DNA of 64,000 bases from Curvularia clavata (Eukaryota), in assembly GCA_023920165.1 (NCBI GenBank), contig CP089274.1, forward strand, positions 1,798,001 to 1,862,000. The letters run 5' to 3'. The notes below the pieces were generated by a model. It was not told where the DNA came from, did not search any database, and saw only the letters and a program-made list of their open reading frames with translations. Both the position numbers and the translations under genes were made by a program. How positions within the stretch are numbered: the first letter of the stretch is position 1; each line of letters begins with the position of its first letter. Shown here piece after piece: positions 26,409 through 39,441 of this stretch.

Positions 26409-29400
26409 GTATGGAAGGTAGATGGTATGTCAACGAGACTTGTTTCAGTCAATGAATGTTTGTCAGGCCAAGTAAATTTTTCAAGAGCAAGTTGTGAAGA
26501 GGTGGAGGTGGAAACCAAGGCTCTAAATAAGGGCAACGCCTCGTGCGGGTAGCAAAGCATTATATCTATTCACGTCAGAGGATAGTCCAAGCGGACGTTC
26601 GGCGTTAAACCTTGGAGCACTTGGTTGCAAAAGCTCAGTAATGAAACTGTAATTATGAAATCCACCGACCCTGGGCAGCTAGAGGCACCCCTGTCTCTTT
26701 ACACATCATCAATCGGCGCACGCACGTTGAGGCACATTAGTTCACATGCAAGGATGCATGGCCTTGGTGCAGGGCGCCAACCTCAGCAGGACTGGGCTCG
26801 AGTTGGCCGGAGGAGGTGACAAAGCGAAGGCGCGGAGTCGGCCAACGAGCGGACCGTGACCGTACAGACGAGTGTCAATGCCAGCCAGACAAGACCGCCC
26901 GCCCCCGTTGCTGCTCGTCCGCCAGGGCAGAACAGGTGACGTTTGGGCTCGGCGAATACGCGGGCATAACCAAACTCGAAATGTCGTCGAGATCGCAGTG
27001 CCCGCGCCCGGCTACCGGCAACGCGACATCCACGACCCAAACGAGACGGACAAACGACTTGCGCCTGGTCCCCGAGAGCTAACGACGGGCGGGGATTTGC
27101 GTGGCACATGGTCGAGGCCGTGTTCGAGAGAGGTCAAGTAGCATGTTGCGTGCTTGTCCATTTGTCCATGATCTGTGTGCGTGTGCGCGCTTGTCATCAT
27201 TATAGCGGCATCACTGATAACGTTTTTCCCTGGACGAGTGGTGCCCCAACGTACCAGAGCTTCGGCCGAGCTAGAGGTTGGTTTGACAGCCGGATCATCA
27301 GTCTGGAAGACGAGGACGGCATGCTCGCTCCTTCGGACAACCGTGGTGGGGAATCCTCCTCTCTTTTTTTTCGCTGGTGGGATGACCCGTCTGAGTCGTC
27401 CAGGGAGCACATGCATCTGTCTGGATACAGACTACCTACATGTGAAGACGGGCCGGGTGGAGAAGCGCCGGGTGGAACGTCCATATTCGATGGCATTGAT
27501 TCTGTGTAAGCGCAGCCACAATCAGCGGCCTGCTTTGTCTTCGGAGGTGCTGACAGCCAGCCGCCTGCGTCTCACTGACCATACTCCAGCCACAAGACCG
27601 TTTTTTCTGTCCTATGCGGTCGCGTCATGCTGAGGGTGCTCTGTCTCTGCCTCCTATGCTGCCTTGCATGCGCGTCCTTTCTAGCCCTCAGTCTGGTTGG
27701 CGTACGTACGATGTGCTCATAAATGCCTCAGCCACAAATTTGAGCCTGTGCCCTGACCGTGTCCACGTACGCCTCAGATTAGCCACAACAAGTCCCTCTC
27801 CCTATCTGTATCGTGTATTGAAACTGTCCACGTACATGGTACCGTGCAATTGTTATTGGCAAGCCACATGTTCCATCTTGCTGTGGGAGATTGGGAAGCC
27901 TGGCGACCCACTCCAGGCGTCGTCAGGCAGCGTGGCTGAGAAAGTCAATCTGGCTGCCAGAGCGCGTTTTTGGTCCCCGTTTCACGCTCCCTATACGGAG
28001 TACGACGCCTATACGACAACCCCCCTGCCGACTAGCCGTCCATGCTTAAAGCCTCGCGAACACCTCCCGTTTTGCTGGTCAGGGTGGAACTGTGGGGAGT
28101 ATCATTGTTGACCCTTCTTTTTCTCTTTCCTTTTACTTCCTGCTGTCTGTATAATCATGTCTAGCGTCAGCGTATACAAAAATTCTATCAGCCATGTAGC
28201 TAAGCGCAGGATCATGCTTTGTGCCTATGCATCATGCCACATCGAGCAGCATCGCCGCCTACCATTGACTGCTTCTCTACGGCAACCCCTCCCCCAGGCT
28301 CAACTACATCGCTAATTGACACTCTATCAAACGCCAAGGCGCGGCGGCCATGAATGTCCTTTGCATGAACAGTGCAGGTATCCAGGGCGTGTTTCTGTTT
28401 GGTCTTCGGCCATTTGTCTCGTAATCCGTCCTGTTCGGCTCTTAGACCAACGAATGCGGGGCTGCTAGCAGCGATCCTGTCAGACCTATCTCCCGTCCGT
28501 GTGCCAATATGCTTCTCCAACACACAAGGGTCCCGGCATGCAAATTCATATCAAACATACAGTACATACAGTACACACAGCCCGGCGGGTTGGAGAGACG
28601 CCGATATCATGTCCAATACCCGGGACAAAGTAAGCGGAAACGCCACAGTCGTGGACCTGGAACAAAGACGAGCGGTCAATAGACAGCTGCAGCCTGCAAG
28701 AGCCAACTTTCAAGTCGCCTGCTGTGCTATTCCTCTCGACATTGCTTGGCTCCTGTGTGCCTCGCTCTGCTGCCCAGCTGCTGCGATCTCCCTTGCTTCG
28801 CCAGCCAGGGAGAGCATCGACTTGACTTCCAAGAAACTGTGCTGTTTGCCATGGCCTATATGATACCTGCCGTCTTGAGCATGTGTATGCAGAGAGCCTT
28901 GATTCGTCATCCCCGGCATGCCGCTAAGAATCTTGTGCCAGAAGGTGTGGTTGCTTGCCTCAGCAAGAATCTCCGCACATGTGCAGGCCCAAGATCGACA
29001 CCCGCTCTCGCTTGCTACGGCCTAACCTTGCGGCTTTACTCAGCCTGGTCGTGGCAGGGATAGCAAGCAGATCCTCTCATTAAGTTGCTAGGCACTGACT
29101 TACCAAGCCCCCAGTAACGGCCTTACTCATCCTGTGCGCCTTGCAATGGTCCCGCCCTACATGATTATGTAGCAAACTTTGGCTAGAACTCCGCCAAGCA
29201 CCTTTGCCAATGGAAACACACAATCAAAAAGCAACCCAGAAACATGGTATTCTTCATCTTGTGATTGCTGCGTGGGGCCACTGACGGGCTCGGCATGTTT
29301 CCAATCACTCATATGAGCTCCTTTGCTCACCACTTCCTTGGAGATACTACCCTGGGTGACGGCCTGCGCGCGCGCGCGTGCGTGCCGGTCCACCGAGTTC

Positions 29401-32400
29401 GACAACTGTACAAAACGGGAGACGAGCCGTTTCATACAAATGTATAGTAAACTCGGTATTTACCGCACGATCTGTACACAGTTCAAGCCTTGGCCCCAGA
29501 GGCAATTTACCTCGACTTGATCGCACGGTCAGATCGGTACAATGGCACCGGCTGCCTTTGGGCCAACCGACTCAGGCCCCGCCTCACGTCCAACACGACG
29601 CCAACGACGCATCGTTGTTAGCATGGAAACCCAGTGATGCCTAGCCGTATTCTAATTCTCTTTTCACTCGAGCGCAGTGGGCAGCGAGCAGCAGGTCACG
29701 CGCCCAGCCGTCGCTGTCTCTCGCAACCACAACCTCACACGGCCCGCTCCTCTTGGAACTCTAAGCCCCAAGTCGACGACGTGTACGCGGCACTAGGGAG
29801 CAGTTGCTGCCAAGTCTTGACAGCCTGGGGCTAAGTTGCGTCTTCCGCTGCGGACAACGTTTGGCGCCATTTCGCATCTTCTTGTGTCCCTCGGCATCGG
29901 ACCATGAGGCTTCCGGCCAAGGACTTGTCCTTGGATCCGTCCGAAAGGATAGCTTTGCGTACAAGCCGTGCAGCCATGATCCATGAACAGGGCGCCAGAG
30001 CCCAAGCCTGGGTTCTTTGATCCATAAGCCTATACACGTACGTACATGGACTAATCGTGGATCCTTTCGTGCCAGCCACAGGTGTAGGATGATGTCAATC
30101 AGGGCGACTGCGATGCGAGTACTCGCACACCAACCATCGCGCTGGCTGGTTCGACATTAACTCCTGTTTAGACTCGGGAATAAAGTTTGCCTCTCAGCGT
30201 GTGCGACAGGCATGTAACGGGACCCAGTGCTCAGTTGAGGCTCCTAGAGTAAAATAGATGGGGAACGGCAATGAGTCAAATCAACAAGTGGCTTAGTTGT
30301 GGACCCTTCAAAGTTTGTAAGGCTGAGAAGAAAAAGTTGCGGCAGCTAGCTATGCACCCTACCCACACCCACCCACGTCACAGCGCATTTCAACACGAGT
30401 CTCGAACAGAGTACATGAGCAATCTGTACTGTCAAGTGGGGCCACCACCAAAGCCGACACATTCATCTGGCACGGAAACGACTTTCTCAAGTGCCGCCGG
30501 TAAATCCCAGGTACTGACACGACCAACAGACGGACTCGGCCGAAGAGTTGAGTGAAGGCACTTTCATGCGTTCTGTATACTTCCGATCGTTGTCGAGATG
30601 CTTACAAAACATGAATCCCCTATCCCATTTACTTGAGATAGCATACCAAAGTCGTTAGTTTTACATGTACATTGTCCCATAGATATACGTGGTATTCTCG
30701 ACACAACCCCAAGAACCTTCTTGCTGATCATGATCCTCCCGTGTTGCAGCACACCCACCTTCGGATGGGGAACCCCAGCTCCGAGCGCCAGCACACCGGT
30801 TCCATTGCGGACGGAGGGATATGTAGTCCGTACTATATCCACCTGCCATTCATGCAATGGTCTAGACCTCTCCCCTGAATGCACCTATTCGTAACAATCA
30901 ACTTGGATACTTGTTGGTAGTCGGCAATGACGTTGCCTGTACTGAAACTCACTAGCTTACCGTTGCGTGCAACTGGCAGTAACCTCCCGTCCACGATAAC
31001 ACCGCTCTTTTTCCAATAACTCCATAATGGACATGTTCTGACTCGGAAACGATGCATGTGCCTGCCAGTGCACCTCGACGATGAGCCAGTCATCCAGTAT
31101 ATAAGATGTGATTCGCTGGAGTCTCCCCTCGAATCACGGTGTTTCGGATCTCCGTGCGATACGATATCCGACTCTCCTGCCAATCGGGCACCGAGACTTC
31201 GGCGCATGTCCGAGATTAAGAGAAGCCATGGGTCAGCAATGTCCATCTCCGTTCTCTATTTGCATGTAATGCTCTGGTATGTCCGGTTTTTCGGTCTCTT
31301 CTCACAAGTCCGGCGCCCGCTTCTCTCGCTCTGCCTGGGTTCGAAGGCTGCCTCACCAGGTCTAGTTGTCATACCTTTCAAGGGTTGGGTTCTTACTGCA
31401 CAAAGCAACGCAATAGAGTTGCGTCCCTCCTGTTACGAGCACATTTCCAACCTTCTCGATACTAGGCCTCAACCTCCCAGGGAAGGTTACCCGGCTTTCT
31501 GTAAGCAAAGGAGACGATTATATCGACCATCAACTGGGATGTCCGAGATTCTTCAATAGACCTGTTACCGTTTTTACACCCCTACACTGCTCTAGCTGCC
31601 CAATTTCACTAATGCCAGGTCTTTTCTCATGATTCAGAGAACCCTGTGAAAGTTCAAGACGCTCAGGATGCTTCCAAGTAAGTATCCTGCTGAAAACTGC
31701 GAATTCACACCCCGGATTCAGCATTTCTATGCCGGCATCGGCATGATAACGAGGATTCGTCGCCTCAATGCTCACGTTGGCCAGACCACAACTCGAAAGC
31801 CCTCTAATGTTCACCCTGTTTGTGTGCACAGCTCCATAAGCAGGCAAAGTAAGATCACAGCTTCATCTAGACACTGGAGTTGAACAAATCGACGATTTCA
31901 TCACAATACCAAGACGCAATATACATAAGCCGAGTGTTGGCACCAATATGACGGGTGCAGCCTCCCTGCCGCTACAGACATCTACGCACACTCGATCACA
32001 ACTTCGCACCGAATGGCTGCACTGGCCAATCTTGACCCTGCAGCACTGCCCCAACCCCGTGCGCCGACCCAGGCTCAGTCCTCAAGATCCCCATGATGCG
32101 TCGATGCAGTGGAAAGTGAAGATTTGCACATGATCCCCCCGCGGCAGAGTGTTACCAACGTCACCGTGCGCTCAACATTGGTCGAAAACGGATCCCTTCA
32201 GCGATACTTTACGCATTTAGGTCCTGAAAACAAGGCTGTTCATTACCTTGTGTGGTAGGACCCATGTGTAATCGCCGTACCCCTTGTTAAATCGCCGTTT
32301 GTGCGCCTCTAGACACCCAGCGGCGATCAACGCGCAGGCCGGATTACTTATCCGCGGCGAATCACGACTGCGCATTCCCTAGGGGCTATCCTGATGATGC

Positions 32401-33037
32401 TACTGGCCAATATCTGACTGTGGCATGCGCAATCTTCCCACTATCAGAAATGATGTAGCACTGTACATACATCAAATGCCGCTACAGGAAATTAAGATAG
32501 GCGCTCATCTGTGTTGGATTTACGGACGGTTTGCGCTGTCGAGACCCATAATCGGACCGTCATTGCTGTATATTAACCTATGAGGAAATATTACGTCGAT
32601 AGTGGACCTATGGCGTTTTGCTGCATGATTTGCGGCATCGCATTATCATCACATTCTTGCTTCCTAGACCTCGGCTACATGTACCACAGTGCTTTCACAT
32701 CTACCAGCAGCGATAGTCTAGCTTACTAACCATGTATTATTATTATTTCCTTCTGACATACTTGACAGACAGGGACGATCGGCGAACATGGCCGTAGCTC
32801 AAACAAGCTTTTGGCTTCCACTTCGCTGTTCCACTCCATGAAAGACGGGGGGATTACATGAGCTTTCGCAGCCTAACTAGAATTATCCGCCTCCACTATG
32901 TCATACAAGCTGACATGTTGCTTTTAGAACCCTCGGCTTTCTAACCATTGTATGGGGAATTTCAAACTCACTCCTTACAAGTTACGACGTCGGTATCACA
33001 TCATCAATCATACTGCACAGCCTTAAGAAAAGGAGCG

Positions 33038-33054
33038 ATATATATATATATATA
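33038..33054. repeat. (AT)8 microsatellite
   Basis: Read directly. Confidence 0.9.
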
Positions 33055-36000
33055 GTTATAGTTGTGCTTTTTAAAAGGTTCTCTAATTATCGCATTGCTC
33101 GAATCAAGGCTCACAAATTTAAAATGCAAGTCAGAGACACGTACAAGACTTGGCTAGTTGAAGGCAGGTGGTATTGTACTTGAAACAAAAAACGGCGCCG
33201 AAAGATTGGCAAGTGTGCTGGTGGCACTTCCCCAGCTTACCTATGCACAAGGACGATTGGTAAACACGTTCATAGCCGCGTCTAGACTGAGGAATCTCCT
33301 CACGCAACGATCTTCTCACACCACCAGCAGTTTGCAATAGCTCTATTAAACACATTGTGTATTTGAGTGGAGAAGCTGAGGCATTCCTAAACCCTCTACT
33401 CGATCTTTATGCGAGAAGCAAAAAAGATACAGGTAGGGGTATAGTGGCAATGTTGATAGTAGCAGCAGAAAAAAGCCCATGCAACAAACTTTCTAAGAGT
33501 ACACTTCTTCCCAGAGGTCCAACAGTCTAAATTGATCATGCCAACGTCTCTGCGCAATATTTACCGTTCTCAATCTCCCCGCTCCCCCCTTTTCTTACAG
33601 CCTCCAAGCCACCGTCAGCTAACCACTCCGTCGATCAAAGCGTATGTAAGCTGACATGGCGTCCCCTCCCCTCATCCAGCCTTCAGCCCTAATGCCAAAT
33701 CACACCACGCCGTATCCTGCACAGGCACACCTGCAGTCTGACTACCGCTCGATTAGCGAGAAGACAACAAAGCATTCAGCGAAGAGCGCAATACGCCTCT
33801 AGGGGAATTAATCGCGAGATGACTACCCCAGTGCTGAGAAATCAAGCATTAGGTCGCGCAAATGGTTGCACCACAGCCCCTCTTCTCCCCACATAATTAT
33901 GAAAGAAGAAAAAGGAGAGGTGATGTGAGGTGGACCCATGTACACCACACATGACTTAATTTTGTGGCTACTTGGCTAGTGGGAGGATTCGCGCAGTTAT
34001 CCCAAACTGCTCGATTATCTTGTTTTAGGGTATTTGCCAAGAAGGAAAAGATGAGAAAGAGGACAACGAGGCAGTGCTAATATCCATTATGATTCAAGTT
34101 TTCCCTCCCTCATCCTGGCTCCCGAATTCTTGTGTCACTGGTAAAAAGATTCGGCTGTGCGAATAGAGAAAGAGGAGGCCAGAGCCGGCGCATGATATGG
34201 TGATGGTGGCTTTTAGTCTTCTAGTACGATGATAAATCCAAAACTCAATGTATCAAAGCCCATGAGAGTAACAAATGACATCTCTTCCCACACTCTGATA
34301 TCCACCGCCATTTCGCACCATCTCGTCGCCCTTTTGCGCCTTTCGTCGCTCCCCACTTCGGTGCTCGCATTGGTCCGCGTACTAACCACACGTGACATGG
34401 CTTTGCTACGGACACCGCCTTATTTCGTCCCCGTCTCATTCGCACACCTGCCAACGAAACCAAGCATAGCACACACATCGCAACTACCGCTCTTGCCACA
34501 TCCAACACGCAGAAAGCCTTACCTAGATCAGATGCAAACTCCGCGACAACACCACAAATCCATTGTGAACCAAACACCCCTACATCTCTACCCTGGCCTG
34601 TTGTCCTGGCCCCCTCCCCCGTCCGCACATCCACATGTGTATCCCCGTCCACATCCACATCCCCCACCCTGGCTCTCTCCTCCCCGATCTTGATCCCCCC
34701 ATGCTGACACTCAAGTCTCCTGCCCTTCCTAAAACAGCAAGAACTCGAATTCAAAACTGACTCAGTCACATCGGCCCTTGTACGTTCGAAATGGAACCGT
34801 GGTGTATCCAATCCCGGCCCTTGTATCTTTTGCCAATGGCAACGGACTAATGCTCGGCCGGAAGTGGGTGCGTTACGGAGCCGAGAGATTTTCATGTACA
34901 AAGTATGTAAGACGGCGGTAATATTCCGCTGGCTCGTATGCAAACACGGGCTGTGTTTACCGGGAGACGGGCCTTAGCCTGGTATTATTACCGTGTTAAG
35001 TTTTCTTTTTCAAGAGGGGAAGGTATATATTCCTCTCTTACGTATGTGCATATGTGTGTGGACGGGGTTTGGAGGTATGAGAGGGGGAGCAGGAGGGAAA
35101 CTGGAGCGGAGTACATACAAAGATAGGGAGGAAGAGCAGAAGGCATGTCAGGGGGTTACAGATCTTAGGGGGATGAAGGCAACGGTAGGTAGTGTGATGT
35201 CTGTGTTGTAGGCGGTTGGGGGAGAACTCGGGATAGACCTTGAAGATTGTGCATCTGTGTGTCCGTTTTTGCGCTTTTGCATGTTTGTACACCTTGAGGA
35301 TTTTCTTTGCAAAGACAAAGCATTATTGTTGAATATCCGGGGAAATACAGATAGATTCGCCCCACACATAAATACACGCGCATACGTACACCAGATAGAG
35401 CATACCAAGCAACCTCGGATCATTCTCTCCTCGTGTCACCTCCCAAACAGTTCATGCCGGCACTTGTCAGCCATGTCACAACAAAAAACCTTAGTCAGGG
35501 TTTCTTTCGCAACGTAAGTTCAACAAGACAGGGGGGGTTATTTTTCTCTCTATGCCACTTCCTCGGCTGATCCCCGATGATGCCTACTGCAGCTCTGCTT
35601 GCTCTTCGATCACGATCAAAATCCAGGATGTAGCAACGACTCTTGAATCCAATTTGACCGAAAGGGGGGGGGGCAGAGCAGACGGAATTGGCAATGACAA
35701 AAGTTCCGGAGCGTGTAAACCTGGCTACACGTACGCAACCATACTGACGGGTCGTTTTATACCGTTCTTATTACTGCTGTGATAAACATGACAGGAGGTG
35801 GAAGGTGGAGAAAGGAGAAAGGAAAGAGGTGCGGGCCGGCAACGGCCCCGTTTCGCAGACGTGTATGTCCGCTGCAACATAAGATTAGAGTTTGAAATAA
35901 ATCATCAAAACATATAGTGTCCGAGAAGTCATGTACGTTAATTAAACGCAGACGTAAAGAAGAAGAAAAGTGTCCAGAACCATGATGAGGACAAGGAATG

Positions 36001-36200
36001 AAAGCAATAAAAGGGGGCGAGGAAATCTAGTATTACTGAATCCATAAAGACACAACTAATGGCGCCGTCTGGTCTTTGTTTGCTTCGGTTGTGTTCCCTT
36101 TACCGTTGCTTTACCCAAGTACCAAAGACCACCCAAACCCAACCCAAGGGGTATCTATCTCCGCAAGGCTATGCATCTCCAAACCAGAAAGAAAGAAATA

Positions 36201-36641
36201 TTAAACTCTATTCGTGTAATGCCAGTAGGAAAACATGATGGCCACAACGCAGACACAGACAAAAACCGCGACCCAGGCGACTTGACCAGGGGTGCATGCT
36301 TCCTCGCGAGGAGCAAGTAGAGCGGACAGGCGCACTTCAGAAGGCGATCGACTTTGAGGAGCGGGCGAAGGAGGCGGAGGAGCAGGTGGATCCATCTGCG
36401 CCTCGATATCCACAGTACCATCGTGCTGCTGGCCAATGTCACCATCTGCCCCAACTTGGTCAAGCACAGGGCCCGCAATCACAGGCGGAGAGGGTAAGCC
36501 AGCAGTAGCGGCAGGAATAATAGGCGGGGCAATATTGTCGTCCGGGTTGTTGTACGTGTGCACCGTAGGAGGAAGCAAGGACCACGACACGCTCTTGTTG
36601 TTGCGCGAGGGGCGTTTTGGCGTCAAAAAATCCAAGAACGA
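36201..36641 (-). other. 146-codon open frame directly after, and in frame with, the PTP stop codon; Pro-rich linker plus C-terminal transmembrane helix
   Basis: TAG (36644-36642) is followed by TCG TTC TTG GAT... and stays open to TAA at 36203-36201. It ends 'QVAWVAVFVCVCVVAIMFSYWHYTNRV'. Confidence 0.5.
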
Positions 36642-38024
36642 CTAGGTCTTGCCATTTTCATACTCCATATCTGCGTCGTGAAGTTCGGCCTCGAGCTGGG
36701 CACGAGCATCGGGCGAGTCGGATGCGCCGCTGCTACTCAAGGGCGACGATGCCGAGGGTGGGGACTGATGGTCGTCACCATTGTGTACTGACTTTTGGCG
36801 CTTGAGTGCAGGCTCGCTATCGGGCGTATTGGCGGTGCTGACAAAGCCGAATTGGGCTGCTTGATCAGGATTCTGGGCAATCCATCTCTCGCGCCATTGA
36901 TCGCGAAGGACATCGTAGATGAACTGAAACTGAACTTTGGACTGCACCATACCTGCACGCTGGTCCCTGAGCATCTCGACTACTCTGACAACAGGGTCCT
37001 CGTTCTCAGGTACATTGTCGAGCGAACCTTCTTGGAGCTCTTGTGTAAGCCAGTCGAGAGCGATAAAAGTTCCGCTGCGACCGATGCCTGCACTACAGTG
37101 CACAATGCGCGGGTTGGTGGCGTTGTCCGAATTTTTGGAGCGCGAAAGCTCGACCAACCTGAGCATACTGGCGCGGTCGTCTCCCTCTGGCACAGAAAAG
37201 TCTGGCCAGCCGGCGAAGAGGAGATGCCAGATCTTCTTGGACTCTGTTCCATCATCGGTTGTCATGTCAATTTCCCGCACCTGAGTGCGCGCGTCGTCGT
37301 CGATGGTGTACGATGCCAAGTGAAGGTTGTGAATGAGGCCATCTTGAAATTCGTCGTGGTCGTTGACGCGCAAGTCGGGGTTCGAGGGCGACTGTGGATA
37401 GTATGGGTGGCACTTTTCTCGATAGGCCTCGACCGTCTGGGTGAGCATGACGATGACTGCGGGCGACTCATTCTCTTTCCAGATCATGCGCCAGATGTGC
37501 GACCAGGTCTCGACCTTGGGGCCCTGGGTTGCGATGTACTTGAGAGGCGTTTGTGATTGGGTCGTCTCGAGTACTATGGGCGAGGCGTTGATGTAGTCAA
37601 AGTGGCCTTCGGGCACGACAAGATGGACTCTGTTGGACTGGTATGGGTCGACATTGGCGTAGCGGTTGCGAAAGGCATACTCGTCGCCGCAGCACCTTGC
37701 CCATCTGCCCTGGTCGTCTGCCTCGGTGGGCTGCAAGGCTTCGCGGGAACGGTCAATCTGGGCGGCTTCCAGACGTAGCCACTTCGCATTGATGTCTCTG
37801 GCAGCGCTCAGAAAAGCGGGATATGGAATGGTAGTGTGGGACGAGGGGCCGGTTGTGGTGGGCGTGCCGGGGGCCGAGTGCGGGTTGAGCAGGCTGTTTG
37901 TACTGGCGGCGGGGGTGCTGGCAGCGGGGGTATTGAGCGACGACGTGGTAAGGGAGCGCAGGCTGTCCTTGCTACGGGAGCGCTTCGAGGACGTGGGCGA
38001 GATGGGGTCGTCGGGGGTGGCCAT
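36642..38024 (-). CDS. Classical protein tyrosine phosphatase
   Basis: 'NRYANVDPY', 'DYINAS', 'YIATQGP', 'WPDF' loop, P-loop 'VHCSAGIGRSGT' and Q-loop 'QRAGMVQSKVQF'. Confidence 0.96.
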   Translation of the reverse strand: MATPDDPISPTSSKRSRSKDSLRSLTTSSLNTPAASTPAASTNSLLNPHSAPGTPTTTGPSSHTTIPYPAFLSAARDINAKWLRLEAAQIDRSREALQPTEADDQGRWARCCGDEYAFRNRYANVDPYQSNRVHLVVPEGHFDYINASPIVLETTQSQTPLKYIATQGPKVETWSHIWRMIWKENESPAVIVMLTQTVEAYREKCHPYYPQSPSNPDLRVNDHDEFQDGLIHNLHLASYTIDDDARTQVREIDMTTDDGTESKKIWHLLFAGWPDFSVPEGDDRASMLRLVELSRSKNSDNATNPRIVHCSAGIGRSGTFIALDWLTQELQEGSLDNVPENEDPVVRVVEMLRDQRAGMVQSKVQFQFIYDVLRDQWRERWIAQNPDQAAQFGFVSTANTPDSEPALKRQKSVHNGDDHQSPPSASSPLSSSGASDSPDARAQLEAELHDADMEYENGKT

Positions 38025-39403
38025 GGCTGGGTCGGTCCTGATGAGGACGCCCTTGAGCTTTGCCTTGCGCCGGAGGGCGCGGAGTTTATGCAGCTTGAAG
38101 AGAATCGCGTCCGTTTAGGCGGGCGGTTCAGAGGCGGATAGCGGGGGGAAGGGAAGGGCAGAGTATAAGAAGTGACGGAAGAGCGGCTACGTGCAGGCTG
38201 TGGCGCGCCCAATGCCGAAACGACAGGCTTTGGTGGTGCTCTGCCCGGTCTTGTAATTAGCGATAGGGGGTTGCGAGGTTGCGGGTCGAGGCTGGTGGCA
38301 GTGAGGCCTGGACACGACGCATCTAGTCGTCGTATCGCGCCCCTATGCCGTCTTCTGTACCGTCTCTGTCCTTTGTGTCTGCTGGCCCTATCTAAGCCGT
38401 GAGCAAGAGAGGGACGAGTATGCGCTGGCGCCAGCCAGAGTGGGAGTCAGGCCGTTTTGCAGCGACGGCCTGGTACCACGCTGTCGACGATGGAGGGGCT
38501 GCAGGCGGCCTCGTGGTGGAGCAGATGGCGGATCGCAGGCCGGCCGGAGCGCTGTCGCGTGGGCTTCTAGAAGGCGGACGGGCAAATGCCAAATGTCCCG
38601 GGGTGGAGAGGGGTTAATGCGTGCGTCTATGGCCAAGAAAAATAATGTCTGGACAAAGGGAAAAAAAACGAGCAAAAGCGGTCGAGGACAAGCAAGCCCG
38701 CTGCAAACACGCCAGGTGCAGGCGCAGTCGCGTTGCAGCCAGAGCCAGACTGAAGTGAGCAGGAGCCCCCGGGCCGACGTTTCCCATCGTCCATGACCGC
38801 TGCCATCGCCATCGCCACCGTCCGTCCGTCCTTTCTTCCATCGCCGCCTCTCCGTCTTACCCCCATATCCTGCGCATTTCCTGCCCCCATTTCTCCAGTA
38901 GCAATAGTCTGTGCTTGGTAGACACACGACCGCCTTGGCCATGGGTCCGTGGTTTGCGCTATTCGAGGTATGTCCAAAGCCATAAAGCATCAGACATGTC
39001 AGACTAACCGACCGCTTGATTCAGGCCTGGGCCGTCGCACGTGTATGTCCATGTCCATGTCCACCCAACGCCCAAACAGCCCTCATGGCTGACTGACCTC
39101 TCAAGCTGATTCGGTCCCCCGCATTCAATCGAGCCGTGCAAAAGGCTTACCGCAAGATCAACCGGCTACCAGACTTTGAGCAGAAGAATGGTGGCGGCAG
39201 TATGTCGCCTTGGGCCCCCTTTCAGAGAACCACGCATTGACTTGGCTGTCAGGGACGGGTCCCTCATCCTTCGATCACTTCAAAGATGAGGTCAAGAACC
39301 AGTTCCGCGAGCTCACCTGGCAGAAGCGCCCTCCCAAGTGAGCGACATTCGACTGACGATCGCTTTCCCTTTGGCCTCTTCCATCGGTCCGAGATGCGAC
39401 TCC

Positions 39404-39404
<1 letters not shown>

Positions 39405-39438
<34 letters not shown>
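39405..39438. repeat. (AG)17 microsatellite in the divergent PTP/SDR intergenic region
   Basis: Read directly. Confidence 0.95.

Positions 39439-39441
<3 letters not shown>

Noticed and set aside
34229..34943. Overlapping 154-aa and 232-aa ORFs
   Set aside because: Low-complexity, non-protein-like translations with no recognisable motif.
19373..36200. Telomerase RNA, snRNA, tRNA or TPP riboswitch in the large gaps
   Set aside because: By eye I found no TAACCCTAA template, no U1/U2/U6 signatures, no T-loop with cloverleaf and no TPP core. A cmscan run would be the definitive test.
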